From contig JAXLNO010000573.1 in NCBI GenBank assembly GCA_038087875.1, forward strand, positions 124,001 to 188,000: a stretch of 64,000 nucleotides of DNA. Reading direction: 5' to 3'. This document shows, piece by piece, positions 1-11,630 of this stretch; positions within the stretch are counted from its first letter, which is position 1, and the number at the start of each line of letters is the position of its first letter. The stretch is from Malacoraja senta. Taxonomy: Eukaryota. The translations under genes were made by a program, and so were the position numbers. Under the pieces are notes generated by a model that was given only the letters and a program-made list of their open reading frames with translations, was not told the DNA's origin and did no database searches.

Positions 1-607
1 AGTTGAAAAATATTCACAGATTACCTTATTGTACATTCAAGTGCATTTCTTTCTGATAAAACTTGGTAACGTGTATAAAATAGACCCATTATCAGTACAA
101 TATATTTTTATTTATGATGATAGTTATAGTCATCCTATTGAATAAATCCATGGAAATCTTTGTATAAAGAGTCTAAAATGTTGTTTTTGTTAAAACCAAA
201 GGCTGCATCGTTTTTCAAATATTCATATAATTCTTCTCCTTCACTAGAACTAGGTGAGTATTTTATTTTAAAAGATCTTGATGCAAGAGGGTACGTTTGA
301 GGATGGACATTATTTGGACATGTTTATAAAATAACTCTTCAGGCAAGATGAGTGAGTTGCCCATAAAACTTTCATTTAGCAATAAATTTGTTTTTAAACC
401 CAATCACTGAAAATATTTGGTCCATTGCGTACAGTTTGTTTTGGTTGATAAATTTGTTCTGGGCCCTTCCTTTTGCTTGCATACTGTAACTCTTATAACT
501 ACAACCTAACCTAACCAGTTTGCTGATGTTGTACAATAGAATATTGCTGGAGGGGTCCATATACAAAGTAGATCCTTCACAGTGCTATCTCAATATGTTT
601 TTTTGAG

Positions 608-1222
608 AATAGACAATAGACAATAGGTGCACGAGTAGGCCATTTGGCCCTTTGAGCCAGCACCGCCATTCAATGTGATCATGGCTGATCATCCCCAATC
701 AGTACCCCGTTCATGCCTTCTCCCCTTATCTCCTGACTCTGCTATTTTTAAGAGCCCTATCTAGCTCTCACTTGAAAGCATCCAGAGAACCTGCCTCCAC
801 CACCCTCTGAGGCAGATAATTCCACAGACTCACCACTCTCTGTGAGAAAAAGTGTTTTCTCGTCTCCATTCTAAATGGCTTACTCCTTATTCTTAAACTG
901 TGGCCCCTGGTTCTGGACTCCCCCAACATCGGGAACATGTTTCCTGCCTCTAGCATGTCCAAACCCTTAACAATCTTATATGTTTCAATGAGAATCCCTC
1001 TCATCCTTCTAAACTCAAGAGTGTACAAGCCCAGCTGCTCCATTCTCTCAGCATATGACAGTCCCGCCATCCTGGGAATTAAACTTGTAAACCTACGCTG
1101 CACTCCCACAATAGCAACAATGTCCTTTCTCAAATTAGGGGACCAAAACTGCACACAATACTCCAGGTGTGATCTCACTAGGGCTCTGTACAACTGCAGA
1201 AGGACCTCTTTGCTCCTATATT
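608..1222 (-). mobile_element. CR1-clade LINE, 3' fragment
   Basis: ORF 768..1193 encodes the CR1 ORF2 C-terminus (LVRSHLEYCVQFWSP, RTRGHSLRI, FFSQRVV); 3' UTR ends in a (CTATTGT)n tail near 608-625. Confidence 0.9.
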
Positions 1223-1944
1223 CGAAGCATAAGAATTTCTAGGCCAATACTTTGGATCAGAACTTCATTAGTAACAACAAAACAACTTTGTCCACCATCA
1301 ATAGATACACTTCTTAGCTTTCATAATATATATGTTTTAATTTTGTTTTTCTCAGTAAAAACAGAATAAATGTATTTGCTGGAATGTTTTTTGGAGGAAA
1401 ACCCATGGTTAAAGATTCATATGGTGAATGCACTGCAAATAAATGTTTGACTACCACAGTCTGTTTCCTTTTGGACAATTAATCATATAAAATGGTGAAA
1501 CATTTATATTAATATTTCAGAGCCAAAGCAATGTAAGTTATTTTTGTGTCTCCACTTTTGATATGTTTCAACTCTTATAATATATATCTTTGGTCAGAAA
1601 GCACAGTATACACTATCCTCCTGTATTACCTAGGTTTCTTTTATCTTTGTTGTAGACCACCAATAGCAATAGCTGGTGACTTCTTTTGCACCCAAACCTT
1701 AAATCCCACTACTTTAAAACAAATCTAATTACACAGCTTTCTGCTATTTCTGTTTTCATTTTGACCAAAATGCATTACTTTATATTGAGTATCATTGAAT
1801 TCCACCTGCTATTATTTTTTTAGTTTACATTAAATATCATCTTACATCTCCCAGCAGTAGAAATATAATTTATTGGCATGAAAATTACTATAGCCTATTA
1901 TTCTGGAATCAGGTTTTTCCGCCCTATCTCCTAGCAATGATTAT

Positions 1945-2245
1945 AGATTCATAAAGTCAGAGACTCGTACTGCATGGAGACGGATCCTTTGGCCTTTCAT
2001 CTCACGTAACCGTCAAGCGCTCATTAAAACTAATCCAATTTACCAGCACTTTTTCAATAGCCGCTTATGTCCTAACAATTCCTGCATGTAGATTCTTCTC
2101 CGATGTTGTGAGTGCCTCTGCCTCTGCCTCTACCATACTCTCAGGCAGTGCATTCAGCAGTCTGACCACACAATGAATGTCAAATTCTTTTTCATCTCCT
2201 CTCTAAACCTCTACCCCTCACGTTGAACCCATGCCCTCCGGTTTA
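1945..2245 (-). mobile_element. Decayed CR1-type LINE 3' end
   Basis: Diverged similarity to the CR1 3' ends at 17492-17856 and 54148-54750 (e.g. cctctaccatactctcaggcagtgcattc). Confidence 0.55.
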
Positions 2246-2402
2246 AGGCATGAGGAAATGGTCTGAGAGTTACACAGTGTGGATCACTACCACTATTCTT
2301 GGATGTTACCGTAACTGCTTCTGCTTCTTTTCTCTAATCAGTTTTTAAGGACAGTTTTACCTCCCAATAACCCTTGACAATTTCTACTAAGCTTCTATAC
2401 TG

Positions 2403-2579
2403 ATAAATGCGTGGCTGAAGGACTGGTGCAGAAGGCAGGGATTCAAATTTCTGGATCATTGGGACCTCTTTTGTGGAAGGTTCGACCTGTACAAAAAGGA
2501 TGGGTTGCACTTGAACCTGAGGGGGACCGATATCCTGGCGGGGAGATCTGCAAAGGCTACTGGGGAGACTTTAAACTAG
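2403..2579 (+). pseudogene. CR1 ORF1 C-terminal remnant (SGNH esterase-like domain)
   Basis: Manual translation INAWLKDWCRRQGFKFLDHWDLFCGRFDLYKKDGLHLNLRGTDILAGRSAKATGETLN*; DGLH matches the SGNH DxxH block; not in the ORF track. Confidence 0.85.
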
Positions 2580-5500
2580 AATGGTTGGGGGGAGGGACTC
2601 AAATAGAGAATGCTATTAGACAGTGTGTGAGGCAGGAGGCAGAGAAGGAAAGCACTCAGACCCAACATGTAGGGGGGAAAGAAGAAAACAATAATAAACA
2701 GAGAATAAGAGGTGGTGGGGTTCTTAAATGGGTGAGCAGAGAAACAGAGGGGTGTAAAATGCGGGCGGAAGCAATAGGTAGCAAGGTGAAAAGTAAAAGT
2801 GGCAGGCAGACAAATCCAGGGCAAAAATCAAAAAGAGCCACTTTTCAACATAATTGTATAAGGGGTAAGAGCGTTGTAAAAACAAGCCTGAAGGCTTTGT
2901 GTCTCAATGCAAGGAGCATTCGTAATAAGGTGGATGAGTTGAACGTGCAGATAGCAATTAATGATTATGATATAGTTGGGATCACGGAGACATGGCTCCA
3001 GGGTGACCAAGGCTGGGAGCTGAACATCCAGGGATATTCAATATTCAGGAGGGATAGAGAGAAAGGAAAAGGAGGTGGGGTAGCGTTGCTGGTTAGAGGG
3101 GAGAGTAACGCAGTGGAAAGGAAGGACATTAGCTTGGAGGATGTGGAATCGGTATGGGTAGAGCTGCGAAACACTAAGGGGCAGAAAACGCTGGTGGGTG
3201 TTGTGTACAGGCCACCTAGCAGTAGTAGTGAAGTTGGGGATGGCATCAAACAGGAAATTAGAAATGCGTGCAACAAAGGCAAAACAGTTATAATGGGTGA
3301 CTTCAATCTACATATAGATTGGGTGAATCAAATTGGCAGGGGTGCTGAGGAAGAGGATTTCTTGGAATGTATGCGGGATAGTTATCTAAACCAACATGTA
3401 GAGGAACCAACGAGAGAGCAGGCTATTCTAGACTGGGTATTGAGTAATGAGGAAGGGTTAGTTAGCAGTCTTGTTGTGCGTGCCCCCTTGGGCAAGAGTG
3501 ACCATAATATGGTTGAGTTCTTCATTAGGATGGAGAGTGACATTGTTAATTCAGAAACAATGGTTCTGAACTTAAAGAAAGGTAACTTTGAGGGTATGAG
3601 ATGTGAATTGGCCAAGATTGACTGGCAATTAGTTCTAAAAGGGTTGACGGTGGATATGCAATGGAAGGTATTTAAAGACTGCAAGGATGAACTACAAAAA
3701 TTGTTCATCCCAGTTTGGCAAAAGAATAAATCAGGGAAGGTAGTGCATCTGTGGATAACAAGGGAAATCAGGGATAGTATCAAAGCAAAAGATGATGCGT
3801 ACAAATTAGCCAGAAAAAGCAGCATACCAGAGGACTGGGAGAAATTCAGAGACCAGCAGAGGAGGACAAAGGGCTTAATTAGGAAAGGGAAAATAGATTA
3901 TGAAAGGAAACTGGCAGGGAACATAAAAACTGACTGCAAAAGTTTTTATAGATATGTGAAGAGAAAGAGATTAGTTAAAACAAATGTAGGTCCCTTGCAG
4001 TCAGAAACAGGTGAATTGATCGTGGGGAACAAGGATATGGTGGACCAATTGAATAACTACTTTGGTTCCGTCTTCACTAAGGAAGACATAAATAATCTGC
4101 CGGAAATAGCAGGGGACCGCGGGTCAAAGGAGATGGAGGAACTGAGTGAAATCCAGGTTAGTCGGGAAGTGGTGTTGGGTAAATTGAATGGATTAAAGGG
4201 CGATAAATCACCAGGGCCAGATAGGCTGCATCCCAGAGTACTTAAGGAAGTAGCTCCAGAAATAGTGGATGCATTAGTGATCATTTTTCAAAACTCTTTA
4301 GATTCTGGAGTAGTTCCTGAGGATTGGAGGGTAGCAAACGTAACCCCACTTTTTAAGAAGGGAGGGAGAGAGAAAACGGGGAATTACAGACCAGTTAGTC
4401 TAACATCGGTAGTGGGGAAACTGCTAGAGTCAGTTATTAAAGATGGGATAGCAGCACATTTGGAAAGTGGTGAAATCATTGGACAAAGTCAGCATGGATT
4501 TACGAAAGGTAAATCGTGTCTGACGAATCTTATAGCATTTTTCGAGGATGTAACTAGTAGAGTGGATAGGGGAGAACCAGTGGATGTGTTGTATCTGGAC
4601 TTTCAGAAGGCTTTCGACAAGGTACCACATAAGAGATTAGGATACAAACTTAAATCACATGGTATTGGGGGTTCAGTATTGATGTGGATAGAGAACTGGC
4701 TGGCAAACAGGAAGCAAAGAGTAGGAGTAAACGGGTCCTTTTCACAATGGCAGGCAGTGACTAGTGGGGTACCGCAAGGCAAGTGCTGGGACCCCAGCTA
4801 TTTACAATTTATATTAATGATCTGGACGAGGGAATTGAAAGCAACATCTCCAAGTTTGCGGATGACACTAAGCTGGGGGGCAGTGTTAGCTGTGAGGAGG
4901 ATGCTAGGAGACTGCAAGATGACTTGGATAGGCTGGGTGAGTGGGCAAATGTTTGGCAGATGCAGTATAATGTGGATAAATGTGAGGTTATCCACTTTGG
5001 TGGCAAAAACGGGAAGGCAGACTATTATCTAAATGGTGGCCGATTTGGAAATGGGGAGATGCAGCGAGACCTGGGTGTCATGGTACACCAGTCATTGAAA
5101 GTAGGCATGCAGGTGCAGCAGGCAGTGAAGAAAGCGAATGGTATGTTGGCCTTCATAGCAAGAGGATTTGGGTATAGGAGCAGGGAGGTTCTATTGCAGT
5201 TGTACAGGGTCTTGGTGAGACCACACCTGGAGTATTGCGTACAGTTTTGGTCTCCAAATCTGAGGAAGGACATTATAGCCATAGAGGGAGTGCAGAGAAG
5301 GTTCACCAGACTGATTCCTGGGATGTCAGGACTTTCATATGAAGAAAGACTGGATAGACTCAGCATATACTCGCTAAAATTTAGGAGATTGAGAGGGGAT
5401 CTTATAGAAACTTACAAAATTCTTATAGGGTTGGACAGGCTAGATGCAGGAAGATTGTTCCCGATGTTGGGGAAGTCCAGGACAAGGGGTCACAGCTTAA

Positions 5501-5692
5501 GGATAAGGGGGAAATCCTTTAAGACCGAGATGAGAAAAACATTTTTCACACAGAGTGGTGAATCTCTGGAACTCTCTGCCACAGAGGGTAGTTGAGGCCA
5601 GTTCATTGGCTATATTTAAGAGGGAGTTAGATGTGGCCCTTGTGGCTAAGGGGATCAGGGGGTATGGAGAGAAGGCAGGTACGGGATACTGA
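2570..5692 (+). pseudogene. CR1 ORF2 (APE endonuclease + reverse transcriptase) with two frameshifts
   Basis: NARSIRNK, GITETW, MGDFN, SDH (endonuclease); KSPGPD, NYRPVSLTS, YLDFQKAFDKV, SGVPQG, FADD (RT); frame breaks near 4780 and 5555 relative to the copy at 8463-9877; stop TGA 5690-5692. Confidence 0.9.
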
Positions 5693-7685
5693 GTTGGATG
5701 ATCAGCCATGATCATATTGAATGGTGGTGCAGGCTCGAAGGGCTGAATTGCCTACTCCTGCACCTATTTTCTATGTATCTATGTATCTATGTATACTGTC
5801 AAGGACTTTTTCAAATCCCTTGTATGTTGCACCCACTATATTACAATAACTAAAGCTTCTTTAAAAAAGATTGCTGGTTATTGATTAGTTTTGTAAGAAA
5901 ACAACTAAATACCATTTTTCCAAACCAGCTGCAGGAGATCGACCTAGGAGGTATGATGCCCAAAATGCATTACTTTATATTGAGTAGATGGCAGATAAAA
6001 TGTCTCTGATAACGGGAATAATGAAGGAACATGAAGGGAATGAATATCTGTAGCTGAAGGTGTACAGATATTTATTGAAGGCTGTTTCTTCCTGATAACT
6101 CCCACCCTACCTGTAACCACTGAGTTTTATTTTTCAAGCAAAACACATCCTTCCAAACATTAACACCACCTAAAAACATGAAAGCAAACATGACAGAATA
6201 AAATCAAAGGACGAGTTGAGAGAAACAGAAAATGGAAAATCGTGCCTTGGACAAGAGAGCAGACATATTGCTCAATTTCCAATCTTTAATTAGCATCCAA
6301 ACAGGTATATGTATCTATATGTAACTCCTAATAGATATGTGATATTTGTGAATATGATTAATTGTTCACAGTTCATAATTACACTAAACCTCCTCTGCCT
6401 CAGCCACATTTCATTTTAGTTTTTGTACACATGCATTTCATTCTGTCTTTATCTTTTGGTTTTAAATGATTCTTAAATGAAAATGATATTGAACAGTACA
6501 GGCACAATGTTAGTGAAGTGCTCTACAATTAGTGCAAAAGCGATAAGCAACATGTTTATCTTGATTCTCAGAAATTCCCTTTAAAGTTTGTAATGGATGA
6601 AATTTTTAACATGAATTAATTATGATTTGTAATTAATTATTTTTTCTGATACCATAGTTTGAAAAGTAATTTTACAAACTCTTACTATTAAATACTTCCC
6701 AATATCACAATGGTACCTAATTGTAATTTTTAACGGTCTGCTTTAATTTCTTCAATAAGCAGGAGAAGATCCTTAATTTTACATTTAAATTCTCTGGCAT
6801 TTTTTAATCTTCGTTAGCGTTAAAAGGATTATGAAACATGTCATGTTCTTCTGCACTTTGTCACTTGCATGTTCATAAACAAAATTTGCCAATCTCACGC
6901 CCAGTGTTTTATAGAATAATCTGATCACAATGATCCCCTTTTCCTTCTCTGTGGACTGATCCAGAAATAGAAACTACAAGAGTTTTGTTTTGTTTCATTT
7001 TCTTCTCAATCTCCAGCGATGTATTTTCACTGTGCTTATCAACTGTCAAAGGTAGCAGGTCCTTTTATAGCCTAATCCTTTCAGTTTTCAAATGATGTTG
7101 CCACTTAACGTGTGTCTGGGCAAGTGCAACATGTATTTTCCTGCCCAAATCTGTGAACCATTCATTGGTCTGGAGAGCGCCACAAAGTTATATATTCCCA
7201 ACTTAATTTCCAGTCTGACATGTTATCACTGCCTCTGCTCTTCAGTGAGCTGCAGAAAGTACCAGCCATTCTTCTCCTGATATTAATTTTTGACATATAT
7301 TGCCACTGTAATAAATGAGGGATTCAACTCCCCTTTGATTAGCTCAGCATGATATCTTCACAGCTTGCTTCTGCGAAATTCTTTTTTTTAAATCAAGAAT
7401 CCTTCCCCTGTTATAACAGCCATTGTCCAGGAAAAAAAAAAACACATGCGTAAGCCATATTTCATTTAATCGAATTTTATGATATGTTAGAGGAAATTCT
7501 CTGAGCTCTTGGTTGTGTCACTGGGTTAGAACAGACCCAAAAGTATCTGATCAATGCCAATGATACACTCAAGTTAGAATATTCACTTGTAATATTGAAG
7601 ACCACATTCTTTCTGATTGCATTCTTGAGAATTCTTGGACGAGTGCTCTTCCCCAATATAAATCTGCCCATCACAGAAATCTGCA

Positions 7686-8115
7686 GAATATGAGCGTTTG
7701 CTAGCACTAGGCCTGTACTCGCTGGGGTTTAGAAGAATGAGGGGGGGGGCCTCGTTGAAACGTACAGAATAGCAAAATGCTTGGATAGGGTGGATAAGGA
7801 TAGGATGGGAGAGTCTAGGACTAGAGGTCATAGCCTCAGACATTAAAGGTTGTTCTTTTAGGAAGGAGATGAGGAATTTCTGTAGCCAGAGGGTGGTGAA
7901 TCTGTGGAATTATTTTCCACAGAAGGCTGTGCAGGCCAAGTCAGTGGATATATTTAAGGCAGAGATAGATAGAATGTTGATCAGTATGGGTGTCAGAGGT
8001 TATGGGGAAAACAGAGGAGAATGGGGTTAGGAGGGAGAGATAGATCAGCCATGATTGAATGGCAGAGTAGACTTGGTGGGCCGAATGGCCTAATTCTACT
8101 CCTATCACATATGAT
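7686..8115 (+). mobile_element. CR1 LINE 3' fragment
   Basis: ggcctgtactcgctg...agagggtggtgaatctgtggaat...ggccgaatggcctaattctactcctat. Confidence 0.85.
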
Positions 8116-8462
8116 CTTGGATGTGTGAGATGTATGTTCAAAAAGAGTATCATCTTCCATTCATATAGGTGATGTCTGCACTGGTTTTCTTGACCTGCTA
8201 TTGGAAAGGAGCTGGGGTGGAGGAAGATCAGCAGGTTCAGGATGAGAATTCATGATCCGTGAGTTTCTCACTGCCATCTTTTCCCCTTCGCTGAAGCTTA
8301 GATTCTCCAAAAGACAGTTCAGAAAAGCGCACCAAGGCTTTCGTTGGTTTTTATAGTAGCTCCATAAATGGATGCATCTGAGATTGACAGCAACATTTAT
8401 AGTGTGGAGGAAATAGCTGACTGGTGCTCTTTCTGACCAATGGCACCTCCAAGCCAACTGAT

Positions 8463-9877
8463 CATAGATACATAGAAAATAGGTGCAGGAGTAGGCCATT
8501 CGGCCCTTCGATTCTGCACCGCCATTCAATATGACCATGGCTGATCATCCAACTCAGTATCCCGTACCTGCCTTCTCTCCATACCCCCTGATCCCTTTAG
8601 CCACAAGGGCCACATATAACTCCCTCTTAAATATAGCCAATGAACTGGCCTCAACTACCCTCTGTGGCAGAGAGTTCCAGAGATTCACCACTCTCTGTGT
8701 GAAAAATGTTTTTCTCATCTCAGTCTTAAAGGATTTCCCTCTTATCCTTAAGCTGTGACCCCTTGTCCTGGACTTCCCCAACATCGGGAACAATCTTCCT
8801 GCATCTAGCCTGTCCAACCCTATAAGAATTTTGTAAGTTTCTATAAGATCCCCTCTCAATCTCCTAAATTATAGCGAGTATAAGCCGAGTCTATCCAGTC
8901 TTTCTTCATATGAAAGTCCTGACATCCCAGGAATCAGTCTGGTGAACCTTCTCTGCACTCCCTCTAAGGCAATAATGTCCTTCCTCAGATTTGGAGACTA
9001 AAACTGTACACAATACTCCAGGTGTGGTCTCACCAAGACCCTGTACAACTGCAGTAGAACCTCCCTGCTCCTATACTCAAATCCTTTTGCTATGAAAGCT
9101 AACATACCATTCACTTTCTTCATTGCCTGCTGCACCTGCATGCCTACTTTCAATGACTGGTGTAGCATGACACCCAGGTCTCGCTGCATCTCCCCTTTTC
9201 CTAATCGGCCACCATTTAGATAATAGTCTGCTTTCCTGTTTTTGCCACCAAAGTGGATAACCTCACATTTATCCACATTATACTGCATCTGCCAAACATT
9301 TGCCCACTCACCCAGCCTATCCAAGTCACCTTGCATTCTCCTAGCATCCTCCACACAGCTAACACTGCCCCCCAGCTTAGTGTCATCCGCAAACTTGGAG
9401 ATGTTGCCTTCAATTCCGTCATCCAGATTATGAATATAAATTGTAAATAACTGGGGTCCCAGCACTGAGCCTTGCGGTACCCCACTAGTCACTGCCTGCC
9501 ATTGTGAAAAGGACCCGTTTACTCCTACTCTTTGCTTCCTGTTTGCCAGCCAGTTTGCCATCCACTGGTTCTCCCCTATCCACTCTACTAGTTACATCCT
9601 CGAAAAATTCTATAAGATTCGTCAGACATGATTTACCTTTCGTAAATCCATGCTTACTTTGTGCAATGATTTCACCACTTTCCAAATGTGCTGCTATCCC
9701 ATCTTTAATAACTGACTAGCAGTTTCCCCACTACCGATGTTAGACTAACTGGTCTGTAATTCCCCGTTTTCTCTCTCCCACCCTTCTTAAAAAGTGGGGT
9801 TACATTAGCTACCCTCCAATCCTCAGGAACTACTCCAGAATCTAAAGAGTTTTTAAAAATGATCACTAATGCATCCA
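8463..9877 (-). mobile_element. CR1 LINE 3' part, same subfamily as 2403-5791, with internal deletion
   Basis: ORFs 8554..8859, 8998..9561 (FADD) and 9485..9685; (CTATGTAT) tail; lacks about 104 bp lying between two GTGGAT motifs (4580 and 4684 in the + copy). Confidence 0.93.
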
Positions 9878-10074
9878 TCAATGGCCTCCAGGTTAATAAA
9901 TATTCGTACATAATGCCATGATACATATTCATGATAATTTCATAAATGTGTTCAAATTTAAGAACACAACTCAATTCTATGAAAATGCTAGAAAAGTACA
10001 TGAAAAAGATTTTAACGCCCATGATCGTTTAAGACTCTCATTACAAATGATTCTAGTCAAATGGAACTAGATGT

Positions 10075-10282
10075 CATTCTTTTAGGAAGGAGATGAGGAG
10101 AAATTTCTTTAGTCAGAGGGTGGTGAATCTGTGGAATTCTTTGCCACATAAGGCTGTAGAGGCCAAGTCAGTGGATATCTTTAAGGCAGAGATAGATAGA
10201 TTTTTGATTAGTGCAGGTGGCGGAGTAGACTTGATGGGCCGAAAGGCCTAATTCTACTCCTATCACTTATGACCTTATGATA
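10075..10282 (+). mobile_element. Short CR1 3' fragment
   Basis: tttaggaaggagatgaggagaaatttc...ggcctaattctactcctatcacttatgacc. Confidence 0.8.
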
Positions 10283-10736
10283 ATCAGATAGAATGTTGAA
10301 AATATATTAAATTGTCCCTTTGGAGTTTTCGTGTTGAGAATTCGTAATTCCCATAATCCTGTCGGAGAAATTATTTTCTCTTGATTTCTGTCTAAATTAC
10401 TTGACATAAATTGTAAAATTCTTTAAAATGGAAAATCTCTTTGGGTTCTGCCTCAACTCCACTTGAAATGCCTCAACAAAATCTCCTCCTCACCACCTCT
10501 TTTCCATGGTGGACAACATTAATATTCTGGGCAATTCTTCACAGCCCGTATGCTCAAACCTACATTACAACTAGGTCCCCTTTCTTAAAATCAAGCTAAG
10601 AAAGCCGTTCCGACCCTCATGAATCAAAACCTCAAGAAAATTCAGACATTGGCTGATGAGTGTATTACGTGATTTCTTACCACATAAATATCTGATACTG
10701 ACCAGTTTCAGTACCTGCAAGTCATAATATTTCCCG

Positions 10737-10827
10737 AAGATAGACGCAAAAAGCTGGAGTAACTCAGTGGGTCAGACAGGATCTCTGGAGAAAAGGAATA
10801 GGTGGCGTTTCGGGTCGAGACCCTTCC
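10737..10827 (-). mobile_element. Penelope-like element terminal repeat fragment
   Basis: Matches the terminus of the GIY-YIG-coding element at 20908 (gatagacgcaaaaagctggagtaactcag...cgtttcgggtcgagaccc). Confidence 0.8.
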
Positions 10828-11489
10828 CCATTAACTTGAAAGTTAACCAGCCTAGTCAATTTAACACGGTGGTTACCAGAGCAGGTTTAAAGCTGAGCAT
10901 GCATCTGTATGTGACTCAACTACTGAATTGCCAAATCTTTTCTGCCAAGTTTGATGACATATTCTCCGTGGATGTAACTAACTATAACAACATACTTAAG
11001 ACGCCAAAGTAAAATAAATCAGTCTACTTGGCTGGCAGCTTAGTCATTCCCTCCCTCCACTACTGTTTCTGACTAATGTGCACCAAGTTCAAAGATGATT
11101 ATCACATTTCTCTCAGGCTTTTTCATCTGGTGCCTCTCGAATTTGTGGCCTCCACGAATGATAAAAGCAACAAGCTATTCTGAATGCCATTATCTACAAA
11201 TTCTTCCCATGGTCACATTCTATCCCAATGTGGAAAGTGATCACTTTTCTTTAATCTTCATTATGCTGAGATCCTGGAGCCCCTTGCACAACTACACTGT
11301 GGCAGCACGTTCCACAGCCAGACCACTATCTGTACAAAAAGGCTTATAAAGGCTGGTCCTCAAATCCCATTCAAGAGTATAAAGTAAGATCTGATCTTTT
11401 CTCAGGCTATTTATCACTTACTAGGACTTGGTCTCTACGTCTTGAGAAACAATAATTAGTTGATTTTAAATAAGAGAATACTGTAAATA

Positions 11490-11630
11490 CTCAGGCAGAA
11501 TATGTGAAATGAGAAACAGTTAACTGATGAAAGTCACTGACAAACCGTTAACTTTGTTCTTGGTCCACAGATGCTATCTGACCTGAAGTTTTCTATTTTT
11601 AATTCCTGTTTTGAGCATCTGTTGCTTTTT
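11490..11630. mobile_element. Decayed PLE terminal-repeat pair
   Basis: ctgatgaaagtcactgac...gttaact...tccacagatgctatctgacctg; diverged. Confidence 0.5.

Larger units (their letters stand above)
2403..5791 (+). mobile_element. CR1-clade LINE, 5'-truncated within ORF1, near-complete ORF2
   Basis: ORF1 end, endonuclease, RT, 3' UTR and (CTATGTAT)n tail; candidate TSD TATACTG at 2396-2402 and 5792-5798. Confidence 0.95.

Noticed and set aside
1..600. Endogenous viral or host coding remnant on the minus strand (ORF 372..566)
   Set aside because: Stops interrupt the frames I read and there is no recognisable motif
2411..5032. 873-aa ORF as a real protein with this start and end
   Set aside because: It starts at a GTG inside out-of-frame ORF1 sequence and its C-terminus is out of frame after a break near 4780; it is a damaged CR1 ORF2
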